Shown here one piece after another: positions 44,722-55,466 of a stretch of 64,000 nt of DNA. The position numbers and the translations under genes were made by a program. The notes under the pieces are model-generated. The model was given only the letters and a program-made list of their open reading frames with translations, was not told the DNA's origin and searched no databases. Location of the stretch: the NCBI GenBank assembly GCA_963727895.1, contig CAVSHT010000014.1, positions 43,434-107,433 on the forward strand. The letters are read 5' to 3'. The stretch comes from an uncultured Methanosarcinaceae archaeon (GTDB taxonomy: Archaea; Halobacteriota; Methanosarcinia; Methanosarcinales; Methanosarcinaceae). Within the stretch, counting starts at the first letter, position 1, and the number at the start of each line of letters is the position of its first letter.

Positions 44722-44913
44722 GACTGTCTTATGATTTTAGATTGTCTTATGGTTTTGGAGTAAATATTAACATTTAATTATTTTTTAGTTTTAATTCATT
44801 TTTAATTTTGAACTTTTTATTATTTTCTTGGTTTGATAATGACTGTTTGGGTTTGCTTGTTTGTTCTTGCCCATATCCCAGCAAATTATATGGTTCCGTT
44901 GCAAAAAAAATTA

Positions 44914-45586
44914 GGTATTGTTAATTAAATATACCTAATTCTTTATTTCTGTATTTCATCAATAGAATAACCGAGTACTTTAGCATTTCAAGACTCTTCG
45001 TATAACACTTTGTCTTTCTTCTCAACCTTGCCAGAAAGTGCCTCAATATGCTGTTATATCCTTCAACAGTATACATTTCTGCTTTGGATTGAGTATGAAT
45101 CTTTTCTGGAAGAAACTCTTTATATGCTCTCCAGTGATCTGTCATTACTTCTCCAATCTCTTTTTTCTTCAATTTTTCCCATAGTAGTTTTCCAGTTTAT
45201 GTTCCTCTGCTACCAAAAGAGCAGTTGATGAACTTTTTCCCAACTCTATCAACAGCAATCCAGATCCAGCAATATTTTTTTTGTTACCGATGTAAGTGTG
45301 CATCTCATCCATTTTTGGACAGAAACATGACTTACCCCTAAAACTCTTCCTATTGAGCGAAAGCCCAATCCTTCAAGATAGAGTTGTAAAGCCTGTCTTT
45401 TTACAGAAGCGGAAAAGGCAGTTGATTTTAGCTCTACTGTATAGTTATAGCCACAATCAGAGCATTTGTACCGTTGACGCCCGCCAACTATACCGTTCTT
45501 TTTGTGATTAGAACTATTGCATCTGGGGCAGTTCATGAAGAAATAGAGGTTCTCATAATAAATAACTATAGTTAATTATCAAAGCC
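44914..45586 (-). mobile_element. IS1-family element with internal deletion
   Basis: InsA ORF 45249-45536, InsB ORF 44921-45172. Confidence 0.9.
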
Positions 45587-45703
45587 CATTTTTACGATAA
45601 GTATAGACTTTTTTTTAAACAACCTGTCAAATTGTTCTAATTTTCTTATTCAACCTTCTAAACGCCAAAAATTAAGAAAGGAACTGTTCCCTTTCTTTTT
45701 CAT

Positions 45704-46942
45704 TTATTCATATCTTAGAGCGTCCACAGGTTTAAGTTTCGATGCCCTGTATGCAGGGACCACTCCAGAGATCACACCCATAAAGACAGCAAGTGCTAGC
45801 CCATAAACCATTAGTCTAGGAGAAAGTGATATGCTTGTCCCGCCTCCTCCTCTCATCATTGTAACACCGATCATTGGAAATACAGCTGAAAGAAGAGATC
45901 CTAAAATCACTCCAAAAACACCGCCAACAAAGCCTACCATTGCAGAATTAAAGAGGAAAATCATAAGAATATCTCTATTTTTCGCCCCTATGGCTTTCAT
46001 TGTCCCTATTTCTTTCGTCTTTTCAAGGACAGAAGTAAACATGGTGTTTGCAATTCCTACAGCTCCTACAATAAGCGATACAGCAGCAATTGCTCCCAAA
46101 AAGAGACTCATTGAATCAATCATGCTGGTAACAGTACTAGCCATTGATGCTGTGGTGGTTACAGTAAAATCCTGATCACTTGCTTTATTATCATGCCTGG
46201 AGATCAAGAGTTTTTTTACAATTGCACTGTCTGCTGCATCTACAACAGCTGGACTCTGAGCCTCTATTTGAATGGAATCATACACGTTTTTTTGCGCATC
46301 TGTAATCACGTTTACTGCGGCATTTATAGGCATATATATTTGATTGTCTTCACCTCCACCCTGTGATGTCAAAATTCCAATGACTCTTACGGACTTCCCA
46401 CCGACATCTATTACCTGGTTAATTCCAATGTCTTTTTTGTAGATTCCAGTAGCTACTCCACTTCCTATAACTGCAACATAATTATCTGCTGGTTCGAGTA
46501 ACCTTCCTGAATCCAGGGTAATAGTATTCATGTACCTCCAAACTTGTGGGTCTATGCCAGTAACGGAAAGAGAAGCACTTTCTGAGTTGTAGCTTATATT
46601 TACTCTACCAGAAATCTCACCAGTAATATATTTTAGATCTGCTATACCACGAAGAGCATCAATATCTTTGTCTGTCAACTGAACATCAGTTGTAGTAGCT
46701 CTTCTTCCAAATCCTCCAAATCCTCCAGACTGAGCTCTTGAGTATCCTGGAGATATAGTAATATGTGCTAAATCTAAAGTGGAAAGTCTGCTCTGCACCT
46801 GTGCCTGCATGGCATCCCCCAGAGAGACTATTCCGACTACTGCACCAACTCCTATTACGATTCCTATGATCGTGAGCCAGCTTCTAAGTTTGCTGTGCAC
46901 GAGCATGTTCAGGGCTAGCTTCAAGTAAGTTGCATTTCTAAT
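45704..46942 (-). CDS. ABC transporter permease (MacB/FtsX-like)
   Basis: RSWLTIIGIVIG, GIANTMFTSVLEKTKEIG, PAYRASKLKPVDALRYE; RBS GGAGGGGTG followed by in-frame ATT at 46942. Confidence 0.9.
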   Translation of the reverse strand: MRNATYLKLALNMLVHSKLRSWLTIIGIVIGVGAVVGIVSLGDAMQAQVQSRLSTLDLAHITISPGYSRAQSGGFGGFGRRATTTDVQLTDKDIDALRGIADLKYITGEISGRVNISYNSESASLSVTGIDPQVWRYMNTITLDSGRLLEPADNYVAVIGSGVATGIYKKDIGINQVIDVGGKSVRVIGILTSQGGGEDNQIYMPINAAVNVITDAQKNVYDSIQIEAQSPAVVDAADSAIVKKLLISRHDNKASDQDFTVTTTASMASTVTSMIDSMSLFLGAIAAVSLIVGAVGIANTMFTSVLEKTKEIGTMKAIGAKNRDILMIFLFNSAMVGFVGGVFGVILGSLLSAVFPMIGVTMMRGGGGTSISLSPRLMVYGLALAVFMGVISGVVPAYRASKLKPVDALRYE

Positions 46943-46971
46943 TGGACACCCCTCCTCAGTATTTTCCTTTT

Positions 46972-48450
46972 TTAATACTTTGGAATTTCTGAACTTGAGT
47001 CAGCTGAGGATGTTTCACCTTTGTTTTTTTTAGCTTCCTGTTTTCGCCTATGGTATAGGTAGACCCCCGCACCTATAATTACTATTCCCAAAATATATAG
47101 CAGATTTGAACTGAAACCACTGCTTCTGTTACCTCGTGTTCCTGACCTGCTTCCAGTGCCAAACTCTGTAGATGCAGACGTCTGGATTATTACATCTTTG
47201 TCAACTGTTATTCTTTCTCCTTTTGCATCTGTATATTCAATCTGAACTTTTAATGGATTTGAGTTCATTGAAGATGAACTTGAATTATCTCCTGTTGCAT
47301 ATCTGTTATTTGCGGCATCGGGTAATGTTCCTGAATTGTCATCTCCAACCCGTGTATTTGTGAGATTAAAAGAAGCTATTGTATAGTCCCCTTTCTCCAG
47401 ATTCCCAACAATCGTTGAAGGACTTCCTGACACCTTGTATCCATCTTGATTCGGTATAGAGACTTTCACAGCATATGCTATGTTATTACCCACATTTGCT
47501 ACTGAGAGAGAAGTCTCTCCTGCGCTACTTTCTGAAAAAGAAACATCAAAATCCGTTGCTCCTCCTACAAAAAGTCCTGCTGTTGTCTTAATGCTTTTTG
47601 CGCTTGAGTCCAAATTTTCATACGAAAGGTTCACATCTAAAGTGTAAAGTCCTGGAGTAGCACTTACGTCTGCCATTACAGTATAATCGACTTTTACAGA
47701 TTGACCTGCAGCCAGATACTTGATATATTTTGTGTTATCTGAATATACAGGCAAAATAACTCCTTTCGGATCAGTCCAGGAGAAAACCAGGTTTTTCAAA
47801 GGAGAAGTTCCGGTATTTGTAACAATAAACTCTAAAGGTTCTTCCTTTGCTATATCAATATCAGCCTTGCTTACAGTCACAACCTGAGCGTATTCTTTAC
47901 CCTGAACCTGAATCTGAATTGTTTTTGTAGTAGTGTAAGTAGTTGCTGAAGATCCTGATCTGCTTTTATAAGTAGTAACGATGTCAAGATCATAAGTGCC
48001 TTCTGAGGCGTTAGAATCAGTCATAAGTTTGAACTTCAGAACCCCAGCATTATCATTCTTCTGTCTTGCATTTAGATACGCGATACTCTTTTGAAGATCT
48101 TCTCCGGAAAGTTTGCTGAAAGGATATTCAGGATTGAGTGTAACTTGTGTGTCTTTCAGGTCAGTGTTTCCGATGTCCTGCACGCTGAGAGTAAGTTCGA
48201 CAGGTTCCCCAGGCCTGGCATTGTCAGGGTTTTGATTAGTCACACTCACTTGCACATCTGCAGAATTTATATTCCCATTTGATGCACTGATTGTTGTTCC
48301 AGATACAGCCGTATTGAGGTTTTGATTAATTAGATTTGCCTGCACAGATGAAGAATTCAAACCATTTAATTCACCTAGTGCTGTACCCGCCTCTAAGCAT
48401 ATGACTATTGAAAACAACAGCAAAAATGTTAATAAAGATAACTTTCTCAT
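46972..48450 (-). CDS. COG1361 S-layer-like domain protein of the ABC operon
   Basis: Signal peptide, QNPDNARPGE, repeated NTG/NVG Ig-like domains, C-terminal TM. Confidence 0.82.
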   Translation of the reverse strand: MRKLSLLTFLLLFSIVICLEAGTALGELNGLNSSSVQANLINQNLNTAVSGTTISASNGNINSADVQVSVTNQNPDNARPGEPVELTLSVQDIGNTDLKDTQVTLNPEYPFSKLSGEDLQKSIAYLNARQKNDNAGVLKFKLMTDSNASEGTYDLDIVTTYKSRSGSSATTYTTTKTIQIQVQGKEYAQVVTVSKADIDIAKEEPLEFIVTNTGTSPLKNLVFSWTDPKGVILPVYSDNTKYIKYLAAGQSVKVDYTVMADVSATPGLYTLDVNLSYENLDSSAKSIKTTAGLFVGGATDFDVSFSESSAGETSLSVANVGNNIAYAVKVSIPNQDGYKVSGSPSTIVGNLEKGDYTIASFNLTNTRVGDDNSGTLPDAANNRYATGDNSSSSSMNSNPLKVQIEYTDAKGERITVDKDVIIQTSASTEFGTGSRSGTRGNRSSGFSSNLLYILGIVIIGAGVYLYHRRKQEAKKNKGETSSADSSSEIPKY

Positions 48451-49373
48451 TTTAATTCCTCAGATTCAATTTTCGTTCGTTTTTCTATTTTTTCGATCTC
48501 ACCATCCCTAATGTACACAACTCTTGTAGCGTATTTTATGATATCCAGATCATGAGTCACAATAATGATTGTCTTTCCTTCTCTTTCATTCAGCTCGTTT
48601 AAAAAATCTAAAATATAGTTTCCAGTCTTTGTGTCGAGGTTTCCTGTAGGTTCATCTGCCAGAATAATGGGTGGATTTACAGCAAGAGAACGAGCTATTG
48701 CAATTCTCTGTCTCTGTCCCCCTGAGAGTTGAGACGGAAGATTCTCTTTTTTTTTTGACAGTCCCACAATTTCAAGTAGATATAAAGCTTTTTGTTGAGC
48801 TAATTGTCGATTTTCTTCCTGAAATTCCATAGGTAGAAGCACATTTTCATAGGTGTTCAAGGTTGGAATAAGGTTAAAACTCTGGAAAATGAATCCTATC
48901 ATCTGTCCTCTGATTTTAGCAAGCTCAGATTCATTAAGCTCTGAAATGTCCTTTGAATTAAGGCAAACAGTACCGCTTGAAGGCAAATCTAGGCAGCCCA
49001 GAAGGTTCATAAGCGTACTTTTTCCGCTTCCGCTTGGTCCAAGAACAACAAGAAACTCCCCTTCGTAGATTTCCAGGTTTATTCCTTTAAGAGCTGCAAA
49101 CTCAACCTCTCCCATCTGGTAAATTTTCCAGACATCTGTCAGTTTGATAAGAGGCTCGTCTTTGTTTTTGGAAATCTTTAACACATTAGAGCTTTCAGTA
49201 AAATTATTTCCAGAATTGATATATGGATTATTTTTTAGATCCTCTTCTGAATCATTTCCCTCTGAACCATTCTCTGATTCATCGTAGAAATTCGCCTTTT
49301 TTTCGAATGAATCTATAAATTTTGAGGGATTCATTTTTGTATTAAATAAATCAATTATTTCCCCAAGTGTCAT
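48447..49373 (-). CDS. ABC transporter ATP-binding protein (LolD/MacB-like)
   Basis: [29 protein letters not shown]. Confidence 0.95.
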   Translation of the reverse strand: MTLGEIIDLFNTKMNPSKFIDSFEKKANFYDESENGSEGNDSEEDLKNNPYINSGNNFTESSNVLKISKNKDEPLIKLTDVWKIYQMGEVEFAALKGINLEIYEGEFLVVLGPSGSGKSTLMNLLGCLDLPSSGTVCLNSKDISELNESELAKIRGQMIGFIFQSFNLIPTLNTYENVLLPMEFQEENRQLAQQKALYLLEIVGLSKKKENLPSQLSGGQRQRIAIARSLAVNPPIILADEPTGNLDTKTGNYILDFLNELNEREGKTIIIVTHDLDIIKYATRVVYIRDGEIEKIEKRTKIESEELK

Positions 49374-49882
49374 ATATACCCCCTAAAAAGCTATCCGTTT
49401 CTGAACTGAACCTTTCTTTGTGGGGCTGATCAAAAAGAATAAGGCTTAGTTTATTCTACTCTTTTCAATTTGTCTATCAATTTTTCATCGATGTACAAGC
49501 TTAAGCATCTTTTTGATTTATATTAATCAATTCCTTCTGGACATACTGCTCTCATAACCATCGGCGAAACGTTCTTTATTGAACTTTGTCAGTGGACAAA
49601 AATAATCCTCAAGCTTGCAATGCGCTTCATCCTGATGGGAATATTCGATTTCTCCGTTGATTGACTTTACTACCTTCTTCCCAAGACCCTGTGCGGATTC
49701 TTTAGATTTCTCAAGTGCAGAGGATCTTTCCCTATCACCACACCAATACCCAAGTAATGGTAATGCCAAGACTCATTAACTGATTAATAATTTTATTACT
49801 GTGTATGTATTATAAATAGTATGCCATTCAACTAATTTTCTCAAAGAACTTGAAGTATTCTGAATTGCCATGAGTGAAAATA

Positions 49883-50338
49883 ATGAATGAAGAAGAAACA
49901 CCTATCCAGTGGATTGAGGATATTGACAAAGTCGCTGCACTTGTCTCATTTACATATCGCTCTGTCCAGAAGCATTTTGTGAAAGAACTGGTTCCATACC
50001 ATATAGGATGGGGCCATTTCTCTATCTTGATGTCTCTGTATCATCAGGAAGGTCAGAGTCAGGATGACCTTGCACGGTCGAGAGGGTTTGATAAAACGAT
50101 GATTGCAAAATCTATTCTAAAAATGAAAAAAGAAGGCATTGTCTACCGTATAATAGACCCAGAAGACAAAAGAATCAAAAGGCTCTACCTTACTGAAAAA
50201 GGAAAAAAAATGAAGCCTGAAATGCGAAAAATAGGTTCCGAGCTGAATTCACTTTTGCTCAAGGATTTTGAATCAGATGAACTACAATCTGTTATTGGGA
50301 TAATTCGAAAGATTGCTTTGAATGCAGCTAAGCTCTAA
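49883..50338 (+). CDS. MarR-family regulator
   Basis: SQDDLA..DKTMIAK..DPEDKRIKRLYLTEKG. Confidence 0.9.
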   Translation: MNEEETPIQWIEDIDKVAALVSFTYRSVQKHFVKELVPYHIGWGHFSILMSLYHQEGQSQDDLARSRGFDKTMIAKSILKMKKEGIVYRIIDPEDKRIKRLYLTEKGKKMKPEMRKIGSELNSLLLKDFESDELQSVIGIIRKIALNAAKL

Positions 50339-50503
50339 AAAGGGCTCCGTTGCAAAAATCCTAAAATTTGAGTAAAACTTGAGTTTCACAGCATAAAACA
50401 TGGAAAAGAAAAATATTTTTCAGATAACATTCAGATTTAGGCAGCTATTCCAAATGTTTTATCCTAAAATTAGTTAGTCTCATAATTTTTACTGTGTTTC
50501 AAA

Positions 50504-50616
50504 TACGAACCTTTTTTGACAAACAACGTTCGGATATTTACTCATTTGGACGTAGTTTTCCAAGCTAATTATTTATATAAAATTTAAAATACGAACTTTT
50601 TAGGTAAATGTTCATA
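50504..50616. other. res-like double-dyad site F
   Basis: CGAAC-N17-GTTCG, 59 bp, CGAAC-N13-GTTCA. Confidence 0.55.
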
Positions 50617-50753
50617 TATTTAAAATCACGATACATGACTAGAATCTTTTGATTTTGATTCCATTGAAGTAGATTTTTTAATTATACCTCTTTCCTATAA
50701 AATAAGTTCTCTGATCGTTAGTAATATTCCTTTTCGATGGTAGGATAACCAAC

Positions 50754-50959
50754 TGTACATTATCTGTACATAGCTGTACACAGTCTGTATGTACAGAAGT
50801 GCCTGTACAAAACAGGAAAAATTATGTACTGTGTACAGCAGATAGACTGTACATGCCTGATGAGCTAACGGAAAAAAGTAAGAGAATAAACGTCAGAATC
50901 CCGATTGAATTGTACAGTCGGGTTGTACAGTCTTACGGAATTACTGAAGCAGTTGTACA
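50754..50959. repeat. Cluster of ten TGTACA palindromes upstream of and inside the RHH-coiled-coil gene
   Basis: At 50754, 50765, 50775, 50790, 50804, 50832, 50848, 50911, 50924 and 50954. Confidence 0.85.
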
Positions 50960-51317
50960 GGGATTAGAGATACTTATAAACGGGGCGGGCCCACAAACAC
51001 AAGATAACTCAAATGATGAGCTTGTAATAAGTTTGAAGGATAGGATAGAGAGTTTGGAGAACCAATTAAAAGTAAAAGATTCTCAATTAGAGAGTATTGA
51101 TTCTCGAATGGGTGACAGAATAAGAAACTTAGAGGAACAATTGAGAGCAAAGGATTCTCAACTTGAGAAACAGGCATATTCTTTGCAGTCTGTTATTCAG
51201 GAAAATAGCAGGCTCAACCTCAAGTTATTACCAGAATCACAAGAAACGAAGAGCACACAAGAAACGAAGTTGACCCGATGGCAACATTTGAAGAGCTTTA
51301 TGTTTGGGTCACAATGA
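50853..51317 (+). CDS. RHH-like + coiled-coil protein with amphipathic tail
   Basis: SKRINVRIPIELY (RHH strand), QLKVKDSQL/QLRAKDSQL coiled coil, RWQHLKSFMFG tail. Confidence 0.75.
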   Translation: MPDELTEKSKRINVRIPIELYSRVVQSYGITEAVVQGLEILINGAGPQTQDNSNDELVISLKDRIESLENQLKVKDSQLESIDSRMGDRIRNLEEQLRAKDSQLEKQAYSLQSVIQENSRLNLKLLPESQETKSTQETKLTRWQHLKSFMFGSQ

Positions 51318-51323
51318 TAAATT

Positions 51324-51431
51324 AAAGTAGAAACGCTTAATGTAGTAGCCCGTTACTTCAAGAATGTAGAGGTCCAGAAAATTGAAGCACCCGGCGAAAA
51401 GAAATCCTTTTTATCCAGGCTGAAATTTTGA
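51324..51431 (+). pseudogene. C-terminal relic of a third RHH-coiled-coil paralog
   Basis: KVETLNVVARYFKNVEVQKIEAPGEKKSFLSRLKF*, aligning with the C-terminus of 28503-28997. Confidence 0.7.
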
Positions 51432-51451
51432 TAGATAAAAAGTAAGAAGGC

Positions 51452-51710
51452 TCATATTTGAGCCATGTAAATATCATAATTTCCGTTCCGATTATCTTGA
51501 TACACTACTTTATTGCTATACATTGCAGGATTTTCAACATAATCAAATGGTAATTCAATATTCTTCTTAGCTTTAAAATCATAGAGATAGGTATGTATCC
51601 CAGTAAACATATCATTATACATTATCCGATTACCATATATTGAAAGACACCACGATATTCCATCAGCTATCTCAGTTGTCTTTTTTGTAGAAATACCATA
51701 AATCATAATC
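51452..51710 (-). pseudogene. Beta-propeller (cell-surface) repeat fragment
   Basis: IYGNRIMY, YLYDF, KVVYQDNRNGNYDIYM. Confidence 0.6.
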
Positions 51711-51963
51711 CGACTCAAATATGCTCCTTTTATAAAAAAAGGTAGAGACTCTGTGAAGGGAATTAATTGCATAGAGGTTCAAACTTTGCCTAGATCTGAA
51801 AGGACGCTGACTTACTGATGGTGTTTTCTTGTGTGAACGGAAACAAACCTATGAAGGTAAGATGCTCAACGACACCGATAGGTAAGAGGCTTACCGACAA
51901 TTTGTTAGTGGGCTGTTAGCCAGGATCACAAAATCAGTTATGCATAATAACTGGTGCCTGATG

Positions 51964-52112
51964 GGTTCCGTTGCAAAAATTTTCTTCTCACACTTTAAAG
52001 TATAATTGTACCTTTATTGTACTATTTTTTCAGGTGAGCGTGATGATTAACTTTTCTAATTGTGAAGGTTTTCACTTGTTTTGTGAAATAATCAGTTTCT
52101 TGTAACAGAATC
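51964..52112. mobile_element. IS6-ended MITE
   Basis: ggttccgttgcaaaaat...tgtaacagaatc; homologous to 22615 and 55222. Confidence 0.7.
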
Positions 52113-52331
52113 ATTCTTTCCAATCCATACAAAACAGCAAAAAGCCAAAATTTTCTCAACATAACCTAAAAGGATATTAATCAGATGGAGAAAGCCAAGC
52201 TCAAAGATGCTTTTTTATATTTGTTTGAGATATATAATAAAATTTATTCCACCTAGACTTTCACAGTTGAACTAAGAAAGAGTAGCATGATGCTTTAAAC
52301 TATAGAAATGTAACATAGATGAGGTCATTTA

Positions 52332-52637
52332 ATGATAGGCGTAGAGGAACTTATACCGATTTTCGCAATAATTGTACTCCTTTTTGGGGCAAACAAACTT
52401 CCGGAGTTGGCTCGTTCCATGGGAAGTTCGATGGGAGAATTTAAAAAAGCCCAGAGGGAATCTGAACTAAATTTTAGACAATTTGAGAAATCCATAAATG
52501 AACCCATAGCTTCAAAGAGCAAGATACAGGAGACCGCTGAAAAGCTTGGAATTGACGTCGAGAACAAGACAGACGACCAGCTTCTCGATGAAATCCAAAA
52601 GTCTGCCGAGAAGCCAAAAGAAGTTTCACAACTCTAA
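52332..52637 (+). CDS. tatA: Twin-arginine translocase TatA
   Basis: LLFGANKLPELARSMGSSMGEFKKAQ. Confidence 0.92.
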   Translation: MIGVEELIPIFAIIVLLFGANKLPELARSMGSSMGEFKKAQRESELNFRQFEKSINEPIASKSKIQETAEKLGIDVENKTDDQLLDEIQKSAEKPKEVSQL

Positions 52638-53491
52638 AAAGCGCTTTAAATTTGAGCTTTTCTTTCCACGCAATTGAGAATCCATTCATTGGTCATCGGT
52701 TAAGGTTTAGACTGTAATTCTTGCCACTGGTTTTATAGTAATCAAATATATTAAATTTGTCCAATGGTACTCCAGTCCTCCCTTACTCTTGAAAGTATGA
52801 TCTGTAATATTTTTCCTAAAACATGGTTAAATAAACTTGCCAAAAAAACAGATTTTATAAAACGTGAACGTAAAATTAAATCTGATGTAATTTTTTGGGT
52901 ATTAACTCTTGGCTTTTGTATCCGTAATCAGCGTACAATAGCAGGTTTAAAGCGTCTATATGAAATAGAAGCAAATACCTCGATAAGCGATAGCAGCTGG
53001 TACTATCGTTTCACTCCAGAACTTGTTGAGTTTCTTCATCAATGTGTAATTCATGGTATAGAAGAACTTGCAAAAGAACCTGGTATAAAACTCAGCAAGA
53101 AACTCGAAAACTTCCAGGATGTTGTCATTCAGGACAGCACAATTGTTCGTCTTCATTCCTTTTTAGCAGATAAGTTTCCAGCAGCAAGAGCTAAAACAGT
53201 AGCTTCAGGCGTAAAAGTAGGAGTTATGGTAAGTGCAGTTGCTAACGGACCTAAAACCCTTGCTTTATATTCTGAAAAAACAGCTGAAATAAAAACATTA
53301 AAAATAGGTCCCTGGATCAAAGACCGTATTCTTCTTGTTGATCTTGGTTTTTACAAAACTCAGATGTTTGCAAGGGTTGAAGAAAATGGGGGATATTTTG
53401 TGTCCAGAATAAAGAAGAATATGGATCCATTTATTGTTTCTATAGAAAATGGAATTCTGGAAAAAAAGAGTGAAGAGTTCATAGGAAAACG

Positions 53492-54348
53492 GGTTCCGTT
53501 GCAAAAAATCTCAGAATAAGCATGTGAATCCATAATCAATAAACAAAAGTCAAAATATTCAAAAAGATGTATCAATATTATAGAACTATTCCAAATAATT
53601 GATTAATATATTTAGCTTCATTAAGACCAGAGTAATTTAGATTCTTGACTTGTCCTTTTTTAATCATATTCATCGCTTCAATTCCTTTTAAAGTCTTAAT
53701 AGCTGTGTTAAAAGACTGAAATCCTAACATTGGATTAACTATTCGTTTAATGGATCTATGATCTTGTTCTATAATGTTATTCAAATACTTGATTTGTCGA
53801 ATGCCTACGTTTATAGGTAGTATTTTGTCATTTTTTAGTTTATTTATAGCAGGTGGATAAGCTGGATTTTTATCAACTGTGATTACTCTTGGAATTTGAT
53901 TCTGATTAGAATTCAAAGCTTTTTTGAAGAATCTGTTCGCTGCTTTTTGGTCTCGTTTTGCACTTAACATAAAATCAATTGTATCTCCATTTGAGTCAAC
54001 TGCTCGGTAAAAATATTTCCATTTACCTTTAACTCTGATATAAGTTTCATCAACTCTCCAAGAGTCGTTTGTTGGTCTTAAATGCCTTCAGACCTTCTTT
54101 TCAATTTCAGGTGAATATTGATGTACCCATCTCATGATAGTACTGTGATCAACTTCTACTCCCCTTTCTGCCATCATTTCCTTTAAATTTCGATAACTTA
54201 ATGGATATTTTAAGTACCATCTAACATTCAATAAAATAATTTCACCCACAAAATGCTTCCATTTAAAGGGATTAGATAGCATATTATCGTTCTATTGATT
54301 TTCTCCTTATTCAATTGAATCCTTATTATGATTTTTTGCAACAGAACC
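53492..54348 (-). mobile_element. IS6-family element, copy 3, same nonsense codon as copy 1
   Basis: ORFs 54088-54282 and 53578-53970 identical to those of copy 1. Confidence 0.93.
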
Positions 54349-54547
54349 CTATAACCTCTTACTATAAATAACAAAATAATATTATTGATAATATAACCTT
54401 TAAATTTGGGTCATGGGTCCGAGTTATAGAAAACCGTAAACATAAAACTCTATTTAATTTATTATTAAATGTGAAAGATGTACTCGTTTTTTCGGAAATG
54501 ATCAATAACTCAGATACATAACCTAAATTCGAAAAAGAGGTTAAAAT

Positions 54548-54688
54548 ATGGATAAAGCATGCGAAGCTGAATTAACAATATTGAAAACAGAAATCAGAGA
54601 CTTGAAAAAACAAATTAAGGAATTAAAGGAAAAAATGGAAAGAAAGGTAGATATTAATGATTTATTAGATGCTGAAAAGTCAAAATAG
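54548..54688 (+). CDS. 46-aa coiled-coil peptide
   Basis: GAGGT RBS; MDKACEAELTILKTEIRDLKKQIKELKEKM...; TAG followed two codons later by TAA. Confidence 0.45.
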   Translation: MDKACEAELTILKTEIRDLKKQIKELKEKMERKVDINDLLDAEKSK

Positions 54689-55334
54689 GTCTAAAATAAG
54701 AGTATCCGTTCCTGTTTTGCATATTGAAAAGTATAGTGGGAACCCACTTTTCGGCTAGGCTCTTAGTAACACTTATTTAAATCGGCATCTATAGACCCCT
54801 AGAAAAGTATCTATATGTTTATCATAGAATTTTTGCATTTGATGAAACGGTTATCGGTCAAATACCTCATATTCCTATATTGTCAAGGCCGGTGAATAAT
54901 TCCTCATTTTAGCCGGATTTAAACGGCCAAAAAAAAGAGAAGGATATCTCAAAATGATTGAACTCTTTAAACAGATAATCTCAACTGCTTTTATACCCTT
55001 CTGTGCTGGATGTACCCTAATGCTTGGTGTTAAATTCGTGATCAGGAGGAAATATAAGGTCAATAATGAGATGAAAAAGGATTTATTGGAAAGTTATGAG
55101 TTTATGTTTAAGAGAAGGAGAAATTAATATATATTTCAAGATCAAAAAACCGATGGTCAATTTGTATCTGATTGATATTATATATTTGAAAATCATATGT
55201 TTATATTATGGGAAAAAGAGGGGTTGTGTTGCAAAAATTTTCTTCTCACACTTCAAGGCTATAATTGTACCTTTATTGTACCATTTTTCCAGGTGATAAG
55301 ATTGATTAACTTTTCTAATTTGGAAGGTTTCCAT

Positions 55335-55460
55335 TAGGACCCACAGTGAAATAACTTAGGCATATTTTGATACTGTACTTAATTAGTTTCATAAGCAGCT
55401 CCATCGATTTTGTTCCAGAATAATTATGTGTTACCTAAGTTATTTCGTAGCGACTCCTTA
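55335..55460. mobile_element. ~125-bp MITE inserted in an IS6-ended MITE (55222-)
   Basis: gaaataacttagg ... cctaagttatttc subterminal IR. Confidence 0.55.
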
Positions 55461-55466
55461 GTTTTG

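Noticed and set aside
49527..49769. 80-aa ORF
   Set aside because: Likely gene fragment; could not be assigned
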